Below, piece after piece: positions 18,193-28,619 of a DNA stretch of 51,567 bases. Every line of letters starts with the position of its first letter. Positions within the stretch are counted from its first letter, which is position 1. The DNA is from Candidatus Aenigmatarchaeota archaeon (GTDB lineage: Archaea > Aenigmatarchaeota > Aenigmatarchaeia > GW2011-AR5 > JACRAC01). Position numbers and translations under genes: made by a program. Below the pieces are notes generated by a model. The model did not search any database. It was not told the DNA's origin and worked only from the letters and a program-made list of their open reading frames with translations. Where the stretch lies: assembly GCA_039091255.1 (NCBI GenBank), contig JAWCMQ010000001.1, positions 117,976-169,542 on the forward strand, in the 5' to 3' direction.

Positions 18193-18345
18193 TTATTTCT
18201 TCATCGCCAACGCGCCGAGAACAACGACGAGAACTCCAAGGATAGATTCAAGATACTGGAGCGTCGTTCCTCCGGTCACCCATGGCGCAATCAGCACCAA
18301 CAGTCCGAAGATGACTGTCAGCAATGCCATCGGGTTCATCGCCAT
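18193..18345 (-). CDS. small two-helix membrane protein
   Basis: 50 aa from ATG 18345 (MAMNPMALLTVIFGLLVLIAPWVTGG...). It lies immediately downstream of the Na+/Ca2+ exchanger gene. Confidence 0.4.
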   Translation of the reverse strand: MAMNPMALLTVIFGLLVLIAPWVTGGTTLQYLESILGVLVVVLGALAMKK

Positions 18346-18431
18346 TTTTACACCTGATTTAATTTGGGTTGCCACATATAAAAATATGACGGATTGGCGC
18401 GCTAGCCGAAGAATCCGGCTGCAAGCGCCCA

Positions 18432-19346
18432 TCACTTGGCCAGCATAAGCACGAAAAACATGATGTAAACGAACAGAAGACCCAAGCTCTCATGCGGATG
18501 AAGGCGCCGCCTGAGCGAAATGGCTGCCGTAAGCAATCCGGCAATTAGGCTCGCGCTGAAGAACATCACATCCTCAGCGGCGAGCGGAAACGATGCCGAA
18601 AGAGACGCAACACCGAGGATGAGTCCGAGGTTTGTTATCAAAGAGCCTGCGACGTTGCCCAGCGCCAGTGAAAAGCGCTTTTCTGCCATCGCGATGGAAG
18701 ATACCGCCATCTCGGGCAAAGTAGTCCCAAATGCTATAACAAGGCCGGCAATTAGAGCCTCCGGAATTCCGAAAAGCCCAGAGATGCCGATAGTCGATGC
18801 TACAACAAAGTGCGACGACAGCAACACACCGCCTATGGACGCAACCACAACGGCAGCGTGGTGCATCACATTTCCGTGTGCTCTCGCCCTTCTGCCATGG
18901 TTCTCTCGTACTAGAAAGTAAGTGCTAGCGGCAAACATCAGGATTGCAAAGACCCCGAAAGCCGCGTCTAATCGGCCGGATATCAGGGCTGCTGCGCTCA
19001 CGGCCGCGCTCATCAGCGAAGCGGCAACAAGCGGCCAGGCGTCTTTTTTTCTGATTGTAATCGCACCGAACAGTCCAGCAACGCCGAGAACGAGCGTGGC
19101 ATCGCTAACGTTCGCACCGGGCAGCATCGCCAAGACTATCTTCGCCTCGCCTTCAAGCGCAGCAAACGCCGTGATGGCAAGCTCTGGAAGCGACGTTCCT
19201 ATCGCCAGAAAAAACATCCCTACAACAACCTGCGGCAGCCTTAGGCGGTGGCTTAAGCTCTCCGCAGACATCACTGTCGCTTCGGATGTCACGACAAGCG
19301 ATGCCATGCTCGCTGCAAAAATAATCAAGCTGTCGAACGGTTCCAT
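18432..19346 (-). CDS. Na+/Ca2+ exchanger family (CaCA, YrbG-like) membrane protein
   Basis: Two alpha-repeat signatures, GTSLPELAITAFAA and GTTLPEMAVSSIA, with about 10 TM helices. ATG at 19346. Confidence 0.8.
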   Translation of the reverse strand: MEPFDSLIIFAASMASLVVTSEATVMSAESLSHRLRLPQVVVGMFFLAIGTSLPELAITAFAALEGEAKIVLAMLPGANVSDATLVLGVAGLFGAITIRKKDAWPLVAASLMSAAVSAAALISGRLDAAFGVFAILMFAASTYFLVRENHGRRARAHGNVMHHAAVVVASIGGVLLSSHFVVASTIGISGLFGIPEALIAGLVIAFGTTLPEMAVSSIAMAEKRFSLALGNVAGSLITNLGLILGVASLSASFPLAAEDVMFFSASLIAGLLTAAISLRRRLHPHESLGLLFVYIMFFVLMLAK

Positions 19347-19378
19347 TCTATTTATATTCGTTGGCTGCAAATTTAACG

Positions 19379-19678
19379 ATGATTGTTATGCCTATAAATC
19401 CAAAAGTTCTGCAGTCGAAGCCGACCGGCCAGCACGCCGGCCACGCCGTGCGCGCAGCCACCGGAAAGTTGGGAGTGCACGGAACGAATGTGGCCGTGGA
19501 CCAAGACCTGTGCAGCGGTTGTGGCTCATGCGCGCAAGTTTGCCCCGCCAAGGTATACGACATCATTAGCGTCAACGGGCAGAAAAAGTCTGACCCAGCT
19601 CGCGAGAAGGATTGCATAGCATGCCGCGCATGCGAAGCTGTGTGCCCGACAAAAGCTATTCTTATCTCCGGAAAGTGA
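19379..19678 (+). CDS. 2x[4Fe-4S] ferredoxin-domain protein
   Basis: CSGCGSCAQVCP and CIACRACEAVCP cluster motifs. ATG at 19379; the track start at 19361 is TTG. Confidence 0.75.
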   Translation: MIVMPINPKVLQSKPTGQHAGHAVRAATGKLGVHGTNVAVDQDLCSGCGSCAQVCPAKVYDIISVNGQKKSDPAREKDCIACRACEAVCPTKAILISGK

Positions 19679-19822
19679 AGCATTCCGAGATCCTGAAAGA
19701 AGGCCGTTTTCTTTCGAGGATTAGGCCGAAGCGATGCTCACGCTATAATCGCAGGCTTTAGACTGCGGCTCTTCTGGCGGACAGCACTCGAGCAGCGCGA
19801 TGGAAGGAAGCGTAACCTCCGA

Positions 19823-20830
19823 CTAAGAACATCTTTCGCTTGTAAGATCGCCCGGCTGCGCACCAGGCAGGCGAGACATTTCCTGATACACCGTCATGTC
19901 TGCCACCGAATAGAGTTCTACCCCACACGCGCCGAGCTTCGCAGCTGCCCCTTCCATCCTATCGAGGAGCACAACGCATGCACGCACATTTCCTTTAGCG
20001 TTCTCGAGCGCCTCTACTAATGCTAGCTTGGTCTCGCCTGTGCCCACAACATCTTCGAGCAGAAGGACATGCGCGCCTCCTAAGTCATGTTCAGCTACAT
20101 AGCCGCTACCCTTCCTAGTGAGTTTTACAGCGCTCAGGCCCAACTTCCGAGCAATTGGCTCAGCCAATTCGTACATGCGAACGTCGTCTTCAGGGGGTCT
20201 TCCAGAAACCTCTCTGCTCGCAAGCACATCGGGATTAAACTTTCGCACTGCAGATGACAACACGCCTTCGAGAATGTCCCTGGTCCGCGGGTAGTTTATA
20301 AGAACCGAGGTCCTAAAATATGGCTTCACGACCCTGCCATCTGGAAATCGGACACCGTCCTCCTCAACGGCATAGTCCATGTTCCGATAGAGACTGACTA
20401 GCATCCGCGATATTGCTGGGTCTATGTCCTGGTCCGAGGGACTTAAAAAGTAATTCGTATAGATGCAATACGCATTGCGAGCGCGACTGTGCTCGCCATC
20501 CGGGTCAACGACCAGGAGTCTGATGTTGTCATTCCGGCTCACCATCGCCCTGAATTGTCCAAAATCACCTTTGAAATTTTTCGTATTTAGATAAAGAATG
20601 GTCGGCCCTGTCGCTTGCACCTCTTGATCGGCGCTCGTGACAGGCTGAATGCTATAATCCGACTGCAGATGCTTTCTTACGCGATAGCCCGCACCTATTG
20701 CCCTCGATCCCCACAATATCACTTCCCGTATGCCTCCGATCTCGCTTTCGGAACTGTCAGGCACTCGGCCTGTTTTGAATACGTAAGAGATGTCCTTCAA
20801 GAGCGACTCGAAGCGTGGCGTGCCCGGCAT
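19823..20830 (-). CDS. orotate-PRT-like phosphoribosyltransferase fused to an unknown N-terminal domain
   Basis: The C-terminal half has an OPRT-like hood (VRFPDGRVVKPYFRTSVLINYP) and a PRPP loop (VLLLEDVVGTGET). The N-terminal roughly 160 aa has no motif I recognise. ATG at 20830. Confidence 0.6.
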   Translation of the reverse strand: MPGTPRFESLLKDISYVFKTGRVPDSSESEIGGIREVILWGSRAIGAGYRVRKHLQSDYSIQPVTSADQEVQATGPTILYLNTKNFKGDFGQFRAMVSRNDNIRLLVVDPDGEHSRARNAYCIYTNYFLSPSDQDIDPAISRMLVSLYRNMDYAVEEDGVRFPDGRVVKPYFRTSVLINYPRTRDILEGVLSSAVRKFNPDVLASREVSGRPPEDDVRMYELAEPIARKLGLSAVKLTRKGSGYVAEHDLGGAHVLLLEDVVGTGETKLALVEALENAKGNVRACVVLLDRMEGAAAKLGACGVELYSVADMTVYQEMSRLPGAQPGDLTSERCS

Positions 20831-20926
20831 AGTTGACACGCGTAAATGATGCAGTCAAAACATAAAAGGTCGTTGCTGCTTTTCCGAGCTCATAAAGTTC
20901 AAGACATTTTATTCCTTATTTTCTAT

Positions 20927-22765
20927 ATGACCGAAAAGCTTGCCATCATCGACTTCGGCAGCCAGTACACGCAGACCATTGCGCGAAGGTTTCGCGAGCT
21001 GGACATATTCGCAGAAATCGTGAAGCCCACAGCACCGATTCACATGTTGCGGGGCTACAAAGCATATGTTCTTTCGGGTGGGCCTGCCAGCGTATACGAC
21101 GCAGGTGCGCCGAAGCTGCCCGATGAAATCTGGGAAAGCGGCGTCCCCATTCTCTGCATATGCTACGGCATGCAGCTTGCAGGTCAGCGCTTCGGATGCA
21201 ATGTCGCGCCAGGCACGAAACGCGAATACGGGAAGGTGGAGGTGAGGTTCACGCGAAGCGATGAAATCGGCATGTTCGCAGGCCTGCCGCCAGAGCAAGT
21301 CGTCTGGATGTCGCATGGCGATTCAGTCCTTGAGCCAGGAACCGGAGGCTTCGAGCCTCTTGCCGTAAGCAAAAACGGCATCGTCGCGGCCATGAAGCAC
21401 AAAAGCAAGCCGATATATTGCGTGCAGTTCCACCCCGAGGTTTCGCACACGCAATACGGCAAGGAGATGCTCAAGAACTTCGCATACGGCGTGTGCGGCT
21501 TCAAGGGCGACTGGAAGATGGAAGATTACATCGACAGGGCGGAGCGGGAGATTGCGGCAGCAGTCGGCAATGGCCATGCATCGATTCTGGTTTCAGGCGG
21601 CGTCGATTCGACGACCCTTGCATGCATCGCGAAGCATGTGCTTGGAGATAGACTGAAGCTCATCTACCTTGACATGGGCCAGGCGCGCAAGGGCGAGACA
21701 GAATGGGTCGTTGGCCAACTGAGGTCGCTCGGCTTTTCGAACATAGAAGTCATCGACATGTCGGATGAGATGCTTGGCCTGCTTACGGGCATAGTGGACG
21801 CGGCGCAGAAACGAAAGGCGATAAGTCGGCGCTATAAGCAGCGCAGCATCGATGAGATCAATGAGGGGCGAAAGTTGCTGCAAGGCACGCTCTACCCGGA
21901 CATCATCGAAAGTGGATGGAGCTTGCAGCATTTCGATGGGAAAGAAACGCTGAACCGGCAGCATGCCGACAAGATAAAGGAGCACCACAACGTCGAGGAG
22001 ATGGGCGCACTCAGGCAGTCGGGAGAGCTCGTCGAGCCCTTCCGCTATCTCTTTAAGGATGAGGTTCGCAAGCTCGCGCGCATCCTCGGACTGCCACCAG
22101 AAATTGCTGAGCGCGAGCCGTTTCCAGGACCAGGGCTGTACGTGCGGCACATCGGGAACGTGAAGAAACCCGATAACTACGGCGACATCGAAGCCTTCGT
22201 CCATGAGCGGGCGAAGCGGCATGGTATGAAAGGTTACCTATTTCCAATCCTCACAGTAGGCGTGCAAGGGGACGGTCGCACATACAAGCCGATGGCGATA
22301 CTTGCCGGAAAGGCAGACTGGCAGACCATGCGCGCAGCCGCCAGCGATATTGTATCGAGCACGCGCGAGGTCAACCGCGTCGCATATTGCCTGACGCACG
22401 ACAGCCTGGATAGGGACGCACTGCGCAACACTGCGCCTATGCCTATAGCAATGAAGAGCATGGCGCTTGTGCGCGAACTCGATGCCATTGGCAGGGAAGT
22501 CGCAACGACCGACCCATCGTACAAGAAAGTCAGCCAGATGCCGTTCAATCTCTTCGCAGGCGGCTGGGCAGGCATCCGCGACTTCTCGACAGAAGACTTT
22601 ATGACAGGCCGCCCGCTCGAGAAGCCCGATGAAATGCCCTGGGAAGTGCCCTACGAAATCGCGAAAAGGATGACAAACAGCCCAGAAGTTAAAGCATTAG
22701 GCGGCATCCGTGGCGTCTTGCTAGACATTACCGACAAACCGCCTGCGACTACGGAAGCGGAATAG
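20927..22765 (+). CDS. guaA: GMP synthase (glutamine-hydrolysing), single-chain long form
   Basis: GATase domain (ICYGMQL, HPE), ATP-PPase P-loop VSGGVDST, and C-terminal ...DITDKPPATTEAE. ATG at 20927 (MTEKLAIIDFGSQYTQ). About 612 aa. Confidence 0.9.
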   Translation: MTEKLAIIDFGSQYTQTIARRFRELDIFAEIVKPTAPIHMLRGYKAYVLSGGPASVYDAGAPKLPDEIWESGVPILCICYGMQLAGQRFGCNVAPGTKREYGKVEVRFTRSDEIGMFAGLPPEQVVWMSHGDSVLEPGTGGFEPLAVSKNGIVAAMKHKSKPIYCVQFHPEVSHTQYGKEMLKNFAYGVCGFKGDWKMEDYIDRAEREIAAAVGNGHASILVSGGVDSTTLACIAKHVLGDRLKLIYLDMGQARKGETEWVVGQLRSLGFSNIEVIDMSDEMLGLLTGIVDAAQKRKAISRRYKQRSIDEINEGRKLLQGTLYPDIIESGWSLQHFDGKETLNRQHADKIKEHHNVEEMGALRQSGELVEPFRYLFKDEVRKLARILGLPPEIAEREPFPGPGLYVRHIGNVKKPDNYGDIEAFVHERAKRHGMKGYLFPILTVGVQGDGRTYKPMAILAGKADWQTMRAAASDIVSSTREVNRVAYCLTHDSLDRDALRNTAPMPIAMKSMALVRELDAIGREVATTDPSYKKVSQMPFNLFAGGWAGIRDFSTEDFMTGRPLEKPDEMPWEVPYEIAKRMTNSPEVKALGGIRGVLLDITDKPPATTEAE

Positions 22766-22768
22766 GCG

Positions 22769-25624
22769 TCACACAGAATCCGCCTTATCTTCCGCTACAG
22801 GCTGCTCTACGACCGTGCCGTTCGGCGCCTCAACAGCCGGCGCAAGCACCGCCTCATCGCCACGCTTAAGCTCTATGTTCACCTCGTCCTCCCAGCCATG
22901 CACAGCTACGCGCATGCGCGTGGCAGTAGCGCGCCTGAACGCAAGCTTGGTGGCCTCGAGCAGGACGAACATAAGGACCGTCAGGCCGATGGCAAGCGCC
23001 CACAGGTCAAGCCCAAGCGGCACAGTCTTGAATATGGCATTAAACGGCGGAAGCATGACTATTGCTGCCTGCATCGCCACCGTGACCGCGATAGCTCCGA
23101 TCATGTAGCGGTTCGTAAGGAAGCCTACCTTGTGTATAAACTGCTCCGACCTCGAGGAGAGCGCTACAGCTTTCTGGAACAGCACGAGCAATGTGAACGC
23201 CAGCGTCTGGGCAACGGCAAGCTCTGCATAGCCGAGCGCCCAGAAGAAGGCCCCGACTGTGCCTATCATCATCAGCGCCCCCACGACTCCCATCCACGCG
23301 AGCGTGTAGCGATTGAGTATCCGTTCCTGCGGGTCGCGCGGCCTGCGGTCCATGACTCCACCCTCAGCCCGCTCGACGCCGAGCGCAAGCGCCGGCAGCG
23401 CGTCCGTGGCTATGTTCATCCAGAGTATCTGCGCCGGCAGGAGGATGAGCAACGCTTCCCTGAACCAGATGAACGCAGCCATCATCGCGATGAAGACCGC
23501 AAACACCTCGCCAAGGTTGCACGAAAGCAGGTAGCGGATGGACTTTCCGATGTTGTCATATATCATGCGGCCCTCCTCGACGGCCCGAACGATCGTGGCG
23601 AAATTGTCATCCATCAGCACCATGTCGGCTGCCTCGCGCGTGACATCTGTCCCAGTCATGCCCATGGCCACGCCTATGTCCGCCCGCTTTAGCGCTGGAG
23701 CATCATTCACGCCGTCGCCCGTCACGGCGACGATCTCGCCCCGCGCCTTCCACGCGTCTGTGATGCGCACCTTGTGCTCAGGCGCAACACGCGCATAGAC
23801 CTTCACGCGCCCGACCCGGCCAGCAAACTCCTCGTCGGTGAGCGCATCGAGCTCAGCGCCTGTCATCACCTCATCTGCCTCGTGGTCGGGCGCTATCAGG
23901 CCAAGCTCCTTGGCGACCGCCAACGCGGTGTCGCGGTGGTCGCCTGTTATCATAACGACGTGTATGCCCGCCCTCTTGCACCGCTCGATTGCATCCTTGA
24001 CCTCAGGCCTAGGCGGATCTATCATGCCCTGCAGCCCTACGAAAACAAGTCCGCTTTCTATATCCCGGCTCCCCTTCCGCATGCTCTTGACGGCAAACCC
24101 GAGCACGCGCAGCGCGTGCTTTGCAAAATATGCATTGACGTTCAGGATGCGCCTTCTGTCCACGTCTGTAAGGCGATGGATTTTCCCATCGCGCAGGATG
24201 TGCGTGCACCGCTCGAGCACAGACTCGACCGCGCCTTTCGTGTAGACCATCCGCTTTCGGCCGACCTGGCATACAACGGACATCATCTTTCGCTGGGAAT
24301 CGAATGGTACCTCATCCACGCGCGGGAACTTCTTGCGCAGGTCTTCGATGCCGGCTTTGCGAGCGGCCACAAGCAGCGCAATTTCGGTAGGGTCGCCCAC
24401 GGGCACCCCATCAGTGACGGCGTCGTTGCACATCATGCCCGCCGCGACAAGCAGCCGCAAATCCTCATTGAGCTTCGGGTCGACAGGCTTCCCATCTTCC
24501 GTGAATTTCCCGTCAAGGCTGTATCCTTCGCCAGAAACATCGATAAGCCGCCCATTCACGTACAGCTTGCGGACAGTCATCTCATTGGCGGTCATCGTGC
24601 CTGTCTTGTCGCTGCAAATGACGGTCGTCGAGCCCAGCGTCTCGACCGAGCCGAGCCGCCGCACGAGCGCATTATGCTTTGCCATCGAAAGCACGCCACC
24701 TGCCAATGTGATGGTAGCGACAGCAGGCAGCGCCTCTGGAACCGCCGCAACCGCAAGGGCGACGGCTGTAAGGAACATCTCAAGCGGCCGCACGCCGACG
24801 CCAAAACCCGCGCCGAATATCAAAAAGGCGGCGACAATCACGAGTGCCCCGAGCTGCTTGCCAAGGGCATCCAGCTTTCGCTGCAGCGGCGTCGGCTCTT
24901 CAGGCGCCTGCAGCGCGCTCGCGATGCGGCCGAATTCCGTCTGCATGCCCGTCGCCGTAACGATAGCGCGACCGTGCCCATAGACGACAGTCGTCCCGGC
25001 GAATGCCATGTTTGAGCGGTCAGCCACGTGCAGCTCGCCCTTCAGCGGGCGTTCCGACTTCGCGACAGGCGTCGATTCTCCCGTCAGGATAGCCTCGTCT
25101 GTCTTAAGGTTGATTTGCCCGATGATGCGGCAATCCGCAGGCACACGGTCGCCGACCTTCAGCAATATCATGTCGCCCGGCACGATTTCGGAGACAGGAA
25201 TTATCTCAGCCCGGCCGTTGCGCACGACTTCGGCTTTGGGCGCAGCCAGCCGCTTCAGCGCAGCCAGCGCCCGCTCCGCCTTCCACTCCTGCCTGAAGCC
25301 AAGCAGAGAATTGAGGACAACAATGGCAAATATGACGACTGCATCAATAAGCTCGCCCAGCAGAGCCGCTACAGCAGTTGCGGCCAGCAGCATGAGGATC
25401 AGCATGCTGCGGAACTGCGCAAGAAGCATGCGCCAGGCAGACCGCCCTTTGCGCTCGATTATTTCGTTGGGCCCGTATCGCTCGAGCCGTGCGGCCGCCT
25501 CCGCATCAGTGAGGCCATCGGCCCGGCTGCCAAGCTCGGCGATGACAGCTTCAGCGCTTTTATTATAAAATTCCTCGCCGAACGAGCGCTCTTCCTCTTT
25601 GGCGCGCTTGGCTTTCCGCGGCAT
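22769..25624 (-). CDS. cation-transporting P-type ATPase (P2-type, Ca2+/Na+-pump-like)
   Basis: CSDKTGTMT phosphorylation site, TGES, MITGDH, GDGVNDAPALK, and the N-terminal Cation_ATPase_N-like segment LTDAEAAARLERYGPNEI. ATG at 25624; the track start at 25678 is TTG. Confidence 0.9.
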   Translation of the reverse strand: MPRKAKRAKEEERSFGEEFYNKSAEAVIAELGSRADGLTDAEAAARLERYGPNEIIERKGRSAWRMLLAQFRSMLILMLLAATAVAALLGELIDAVVIFAIVVLNSLLGFRQEWKAERALAALKRLAAPKAEVVRNGRAEIIPVSEIVPGDMILLKVGDRVPADCRIIGQINLKTDEAILTGESTPVAKSERPLKGELHVADRSNMAFAGTTVVYGHGRAIVTATGMQTEFGRIASALQAPEEPTPLQRKLDALGKQLGALVIVAAFLIFGAGFGVGVRPLEMFLTAVALAVAAVPEALPAVATITLAGGVLSMAKHNALVRRLGSVETLGSTTVICSDKTGTMTANEMTVRKLYVNGRLIDVSGEGYSLDGKFTEDGKPVDPKLNEDLRLLVAAGMMCNDAVTDGVPVGDPTEIALLVAARKAGIEDLRKKFPRVDEVPFDSQRKMMSVVCQVGRKRMVYTKGAVESVLERCTHILRDGKIHRLTDVDRRRILNVNAYFAKHALRVLGFAVKSMRKGSRDIESGLVFVGLQGMIDPPRPEVKDAIERCKRAGIHVVMITGDHRDTALAVAKELGLIAPDHEADEVMTGAELDALTDEEFAGRVGRVKVYARVAPEHKVRITDAWKARGEIVAVTGDGVNDAPALKRADIGVAMGMTGTDVTREAADMVLMDDNFATIVRAVEEGRMIYDNIGKSIRYLLSCNLGEVFAVFIAMMAAFIWFREALLILLPAQILWMNIATDALPALALGVERAEGGVMDRRPRDPQERILNRYTLAWMGVVGALMMIGTVGAFFWALGYAELAVAQTLAFTLLVLFQKAVALSSRSEQFIHKVGFLTNRYMIGAIAVTVAMQAAIVMLPPFNAIFKTVPLGLDLWALAIGLTVLMFVLLEATKLAFRRATATRMRVAVHGWEDEVNIELKRGDEAVLAPAVEAPNGTVVEQPVAEDKADSV

Positions 25625-25799
25625 GCATATCACGAAATCTATGTCAGTAATGGTTTTATTCTCGAAAGAAAGCGGCAAAACGCTAGAGAATATAAAGTTT
25701 TCTTTTAGTGGCGTATCGAATGCGGTTCGTTAGGGCAGCTGTCCATGACAGCTTTATTGCTGCATTTGTGCCCATGCCGCAGAAAAAGCAAAGAAAGGC

Positions 25800-26714
25800 T
25801 TAAATCGTAATCTTCATCAGATCCCGTGCCAGCCGGACATTTGGCAGTCCCGCTATCTTTTTCTCGATTTCCTCGAGGTTCTGGTAACGCCGCGAGATAT
25901 GCGTCAGCACGAGCTGCTTGGCGTTCGCGCGCGTCGCGACCTTGAGCACCTCATCGAACGCTGCATGCTTCCATTCCTTTTCCTTCTCCTCCTCAAAGAA
26001 CGTGCTGTCGTGGATGAGCATGTCCGCATTCTCCGCCAGCTTGACTACGTTCATGCACGGCATCGTATCGCCCGTGTAAACTATCTTCTTCCCCTTCTCG
26101 ACCACAGAAACGTCCTGTAGCAGGATACGCTTGCCTTTCCATGTCGCCGCCCCCTCCTCCTTGAGCTTCTTGAACACCAGACCTTTCTCAGGCAGGCCAA
26201 GCGCTCTCGCCTTTTCTTTGTCTATCTTGATGCGATCTTTTTCGACAAACGCATATGCGACAGCCGGCACGCCATGCTTCACAGGGATGGCCTGCACAAT
26301 TATCTCGTCGCCTTCCATCAGCGTCTCAATCTGGTTGCCTTCGTGCTCGACGTTCCGCACCTTCACAGGAAACCGCAACTTGCCATAGCCTAAGTCTGTT
26401 ATCTGAGGAACCCACTCATCTGCCTCAGGCCCGTATATTTTAAGCGGCCGCTGCCTGTCCTCCATGTTCATCGTAAACAGCAACCCGAGCAGGCCTGCAA
26501 AATGGTCTGCGTGCCAGTGCGTGATGAAAATGTCATCGATGCGCATGAAGTTGAGTCGCGCTGCGAAAATCTGCCTCTGCGTGCCTTCGCCGCAATCGAA
26601 AAGGGCGACCGTTTCTTCGCGTCCCTTATAGTTGACGTAAATCGCGGGGTGGTTGCGATTGTGCGTCGGCACACCGGCTGTAGTGCCCAAAAACGTGACT
26701 TCTATCTGGGTCAT
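25800..26714 (-). CDS. rnz: ribonuclease Z (tRNA 3' endonuclease)
   Basis: Metallo-beta-lactamase motif HWHADH and N-terminus MTQIEVTFLGTTAGVPT. ATG at 26714. Confidence 0.85.
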   Translation of the reverse strand: MTQIEVTFLGTTAGVPTHNRNHPAIYVNYKGREETVALFDCGEGTQRQIFAARLNFMRIDDIFITHWHADHFAGLLGLLFTMNMEDRQRPLKIYGPEADEWVPQITDLGYGKLRFPVKVRNVEHEGNQIETLMEGDEIIVQAIPVKHGVPAVAYAFVEKDRIKIDKEKARALGLPEKGLVFKKLKEEGAATWKGKRILLQDVSVVEKGKKIVYTGDTMPCMNVVKLAENADMLIHDSTFFEEEKEKEWKHAAFDEVLKVATRANAKQLVLTHISRRYQNLEEIEKKIAGLPNVRLARDLMKITI

Positions 26715-26773
26715 GATGAACACTTCTGCTTCGGAAAATAAAAGCTTCCCTTGCGCTTTTCTGCCCGTGCGCG

Positions 26774-27928
<1,155 letters not shown>

Positions 27929-28113
27929 TTCGTTCACCTTTGCTTAGAACAAGAAAGATAAGCATGCTTCGCGGCAAATATCAGATACGATTTTTCAAAT
28001 GTAGCTCCGAATCACCTGTACGACGTGCCGCGTTACCTTTCTTGCGCTTATGCCGTATGCTTGGCATCGGAAGATATATAAGCTTCATAAAGCTTGCGGG
28101 CAAAAGCTTAAGC

Positions 28114-28602
28114 ATGAGCGGCGATGCCAAAAAGCCCGTTGTCGTCGCGGTCTCGGGCTATTTCGACCCGCTGCACGTCGGGCATGTTGAATACTTCGAA
28201 AAAGCCAAGGCGCTCGGCGACCGCTTGGTTGTCATAGTGAACAACGATGCCCAAGCAAAACTCAAGAAAGGCTTTTGCTTCATGCCGCAGGACGAGCGCG
28301 TAAAGATAATAAAGGCTCTGCGTTGCGTTGACGAAGTGTTTCTTTCGATAGACAAGGACAAAAGCGTCTGCAAGTCGCTTGAAGCTGTAAAACCGGACAT
28401 TTTTGCCAAAGGTGGCGACCGCATTGAGGCAAATCTTCCAGAGCCGGAAATAGAGATCTGCAAGAAGATGGGAACGAAAATCGTCTACAACCTCGGCGAA
28501 AAGATACAATCGTCATCCGAACTCATCGCGCGCATCATCATGCTCGCGAAAAAGGAAGAAAAGCTGCAGAAAATCGGAGCATCTTCTCAGAAAGCCGCGT
28601 AA
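28114..28602 (+). CDS. cytidylyl/adenylyltransferase-family nucleotidyltransferase
   Basis: VSGYFDPLHVGHVEYF (HxGH) nucleotidyltransferase motif. ATG at 28114; the long upstream part of the track ORF is unsupported. Confidence 0.7.
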   Translation: MSGDAKKPVVVAVSGYFDPLHVGHVEYFEKAKALGDRLVVIVNNDAQAKLKKGFCFMPQDERVKIIKALRCVDEVFLSIDKDKSVCKSLEAVKPDIFAKGGDRIEANLPEPEIEICKKMGTKIVYNLGEKIQSSSELIARIIMLAKKEEKLQKIGASSQKAA

Positions 28603-28619
28603 AAGCGCACATGCGGGAG

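Noticed and set aside
23774-25015. Long antisense ORFs inside confirmed genes. Examples are 413 aa opposite the P-type ATPase, 264 aa at 2369-3163, 193 aa at 5616-6197, 221 aa at 46919-47584 and 196 aa at 49785-50375.
   Set aside because: These are typical shadow ORFs of GC-rich coding regions. Their composition is Arg/Ala/Ser-rich, they contain no motifs, and the opposite strand carries clear conserved proteins.
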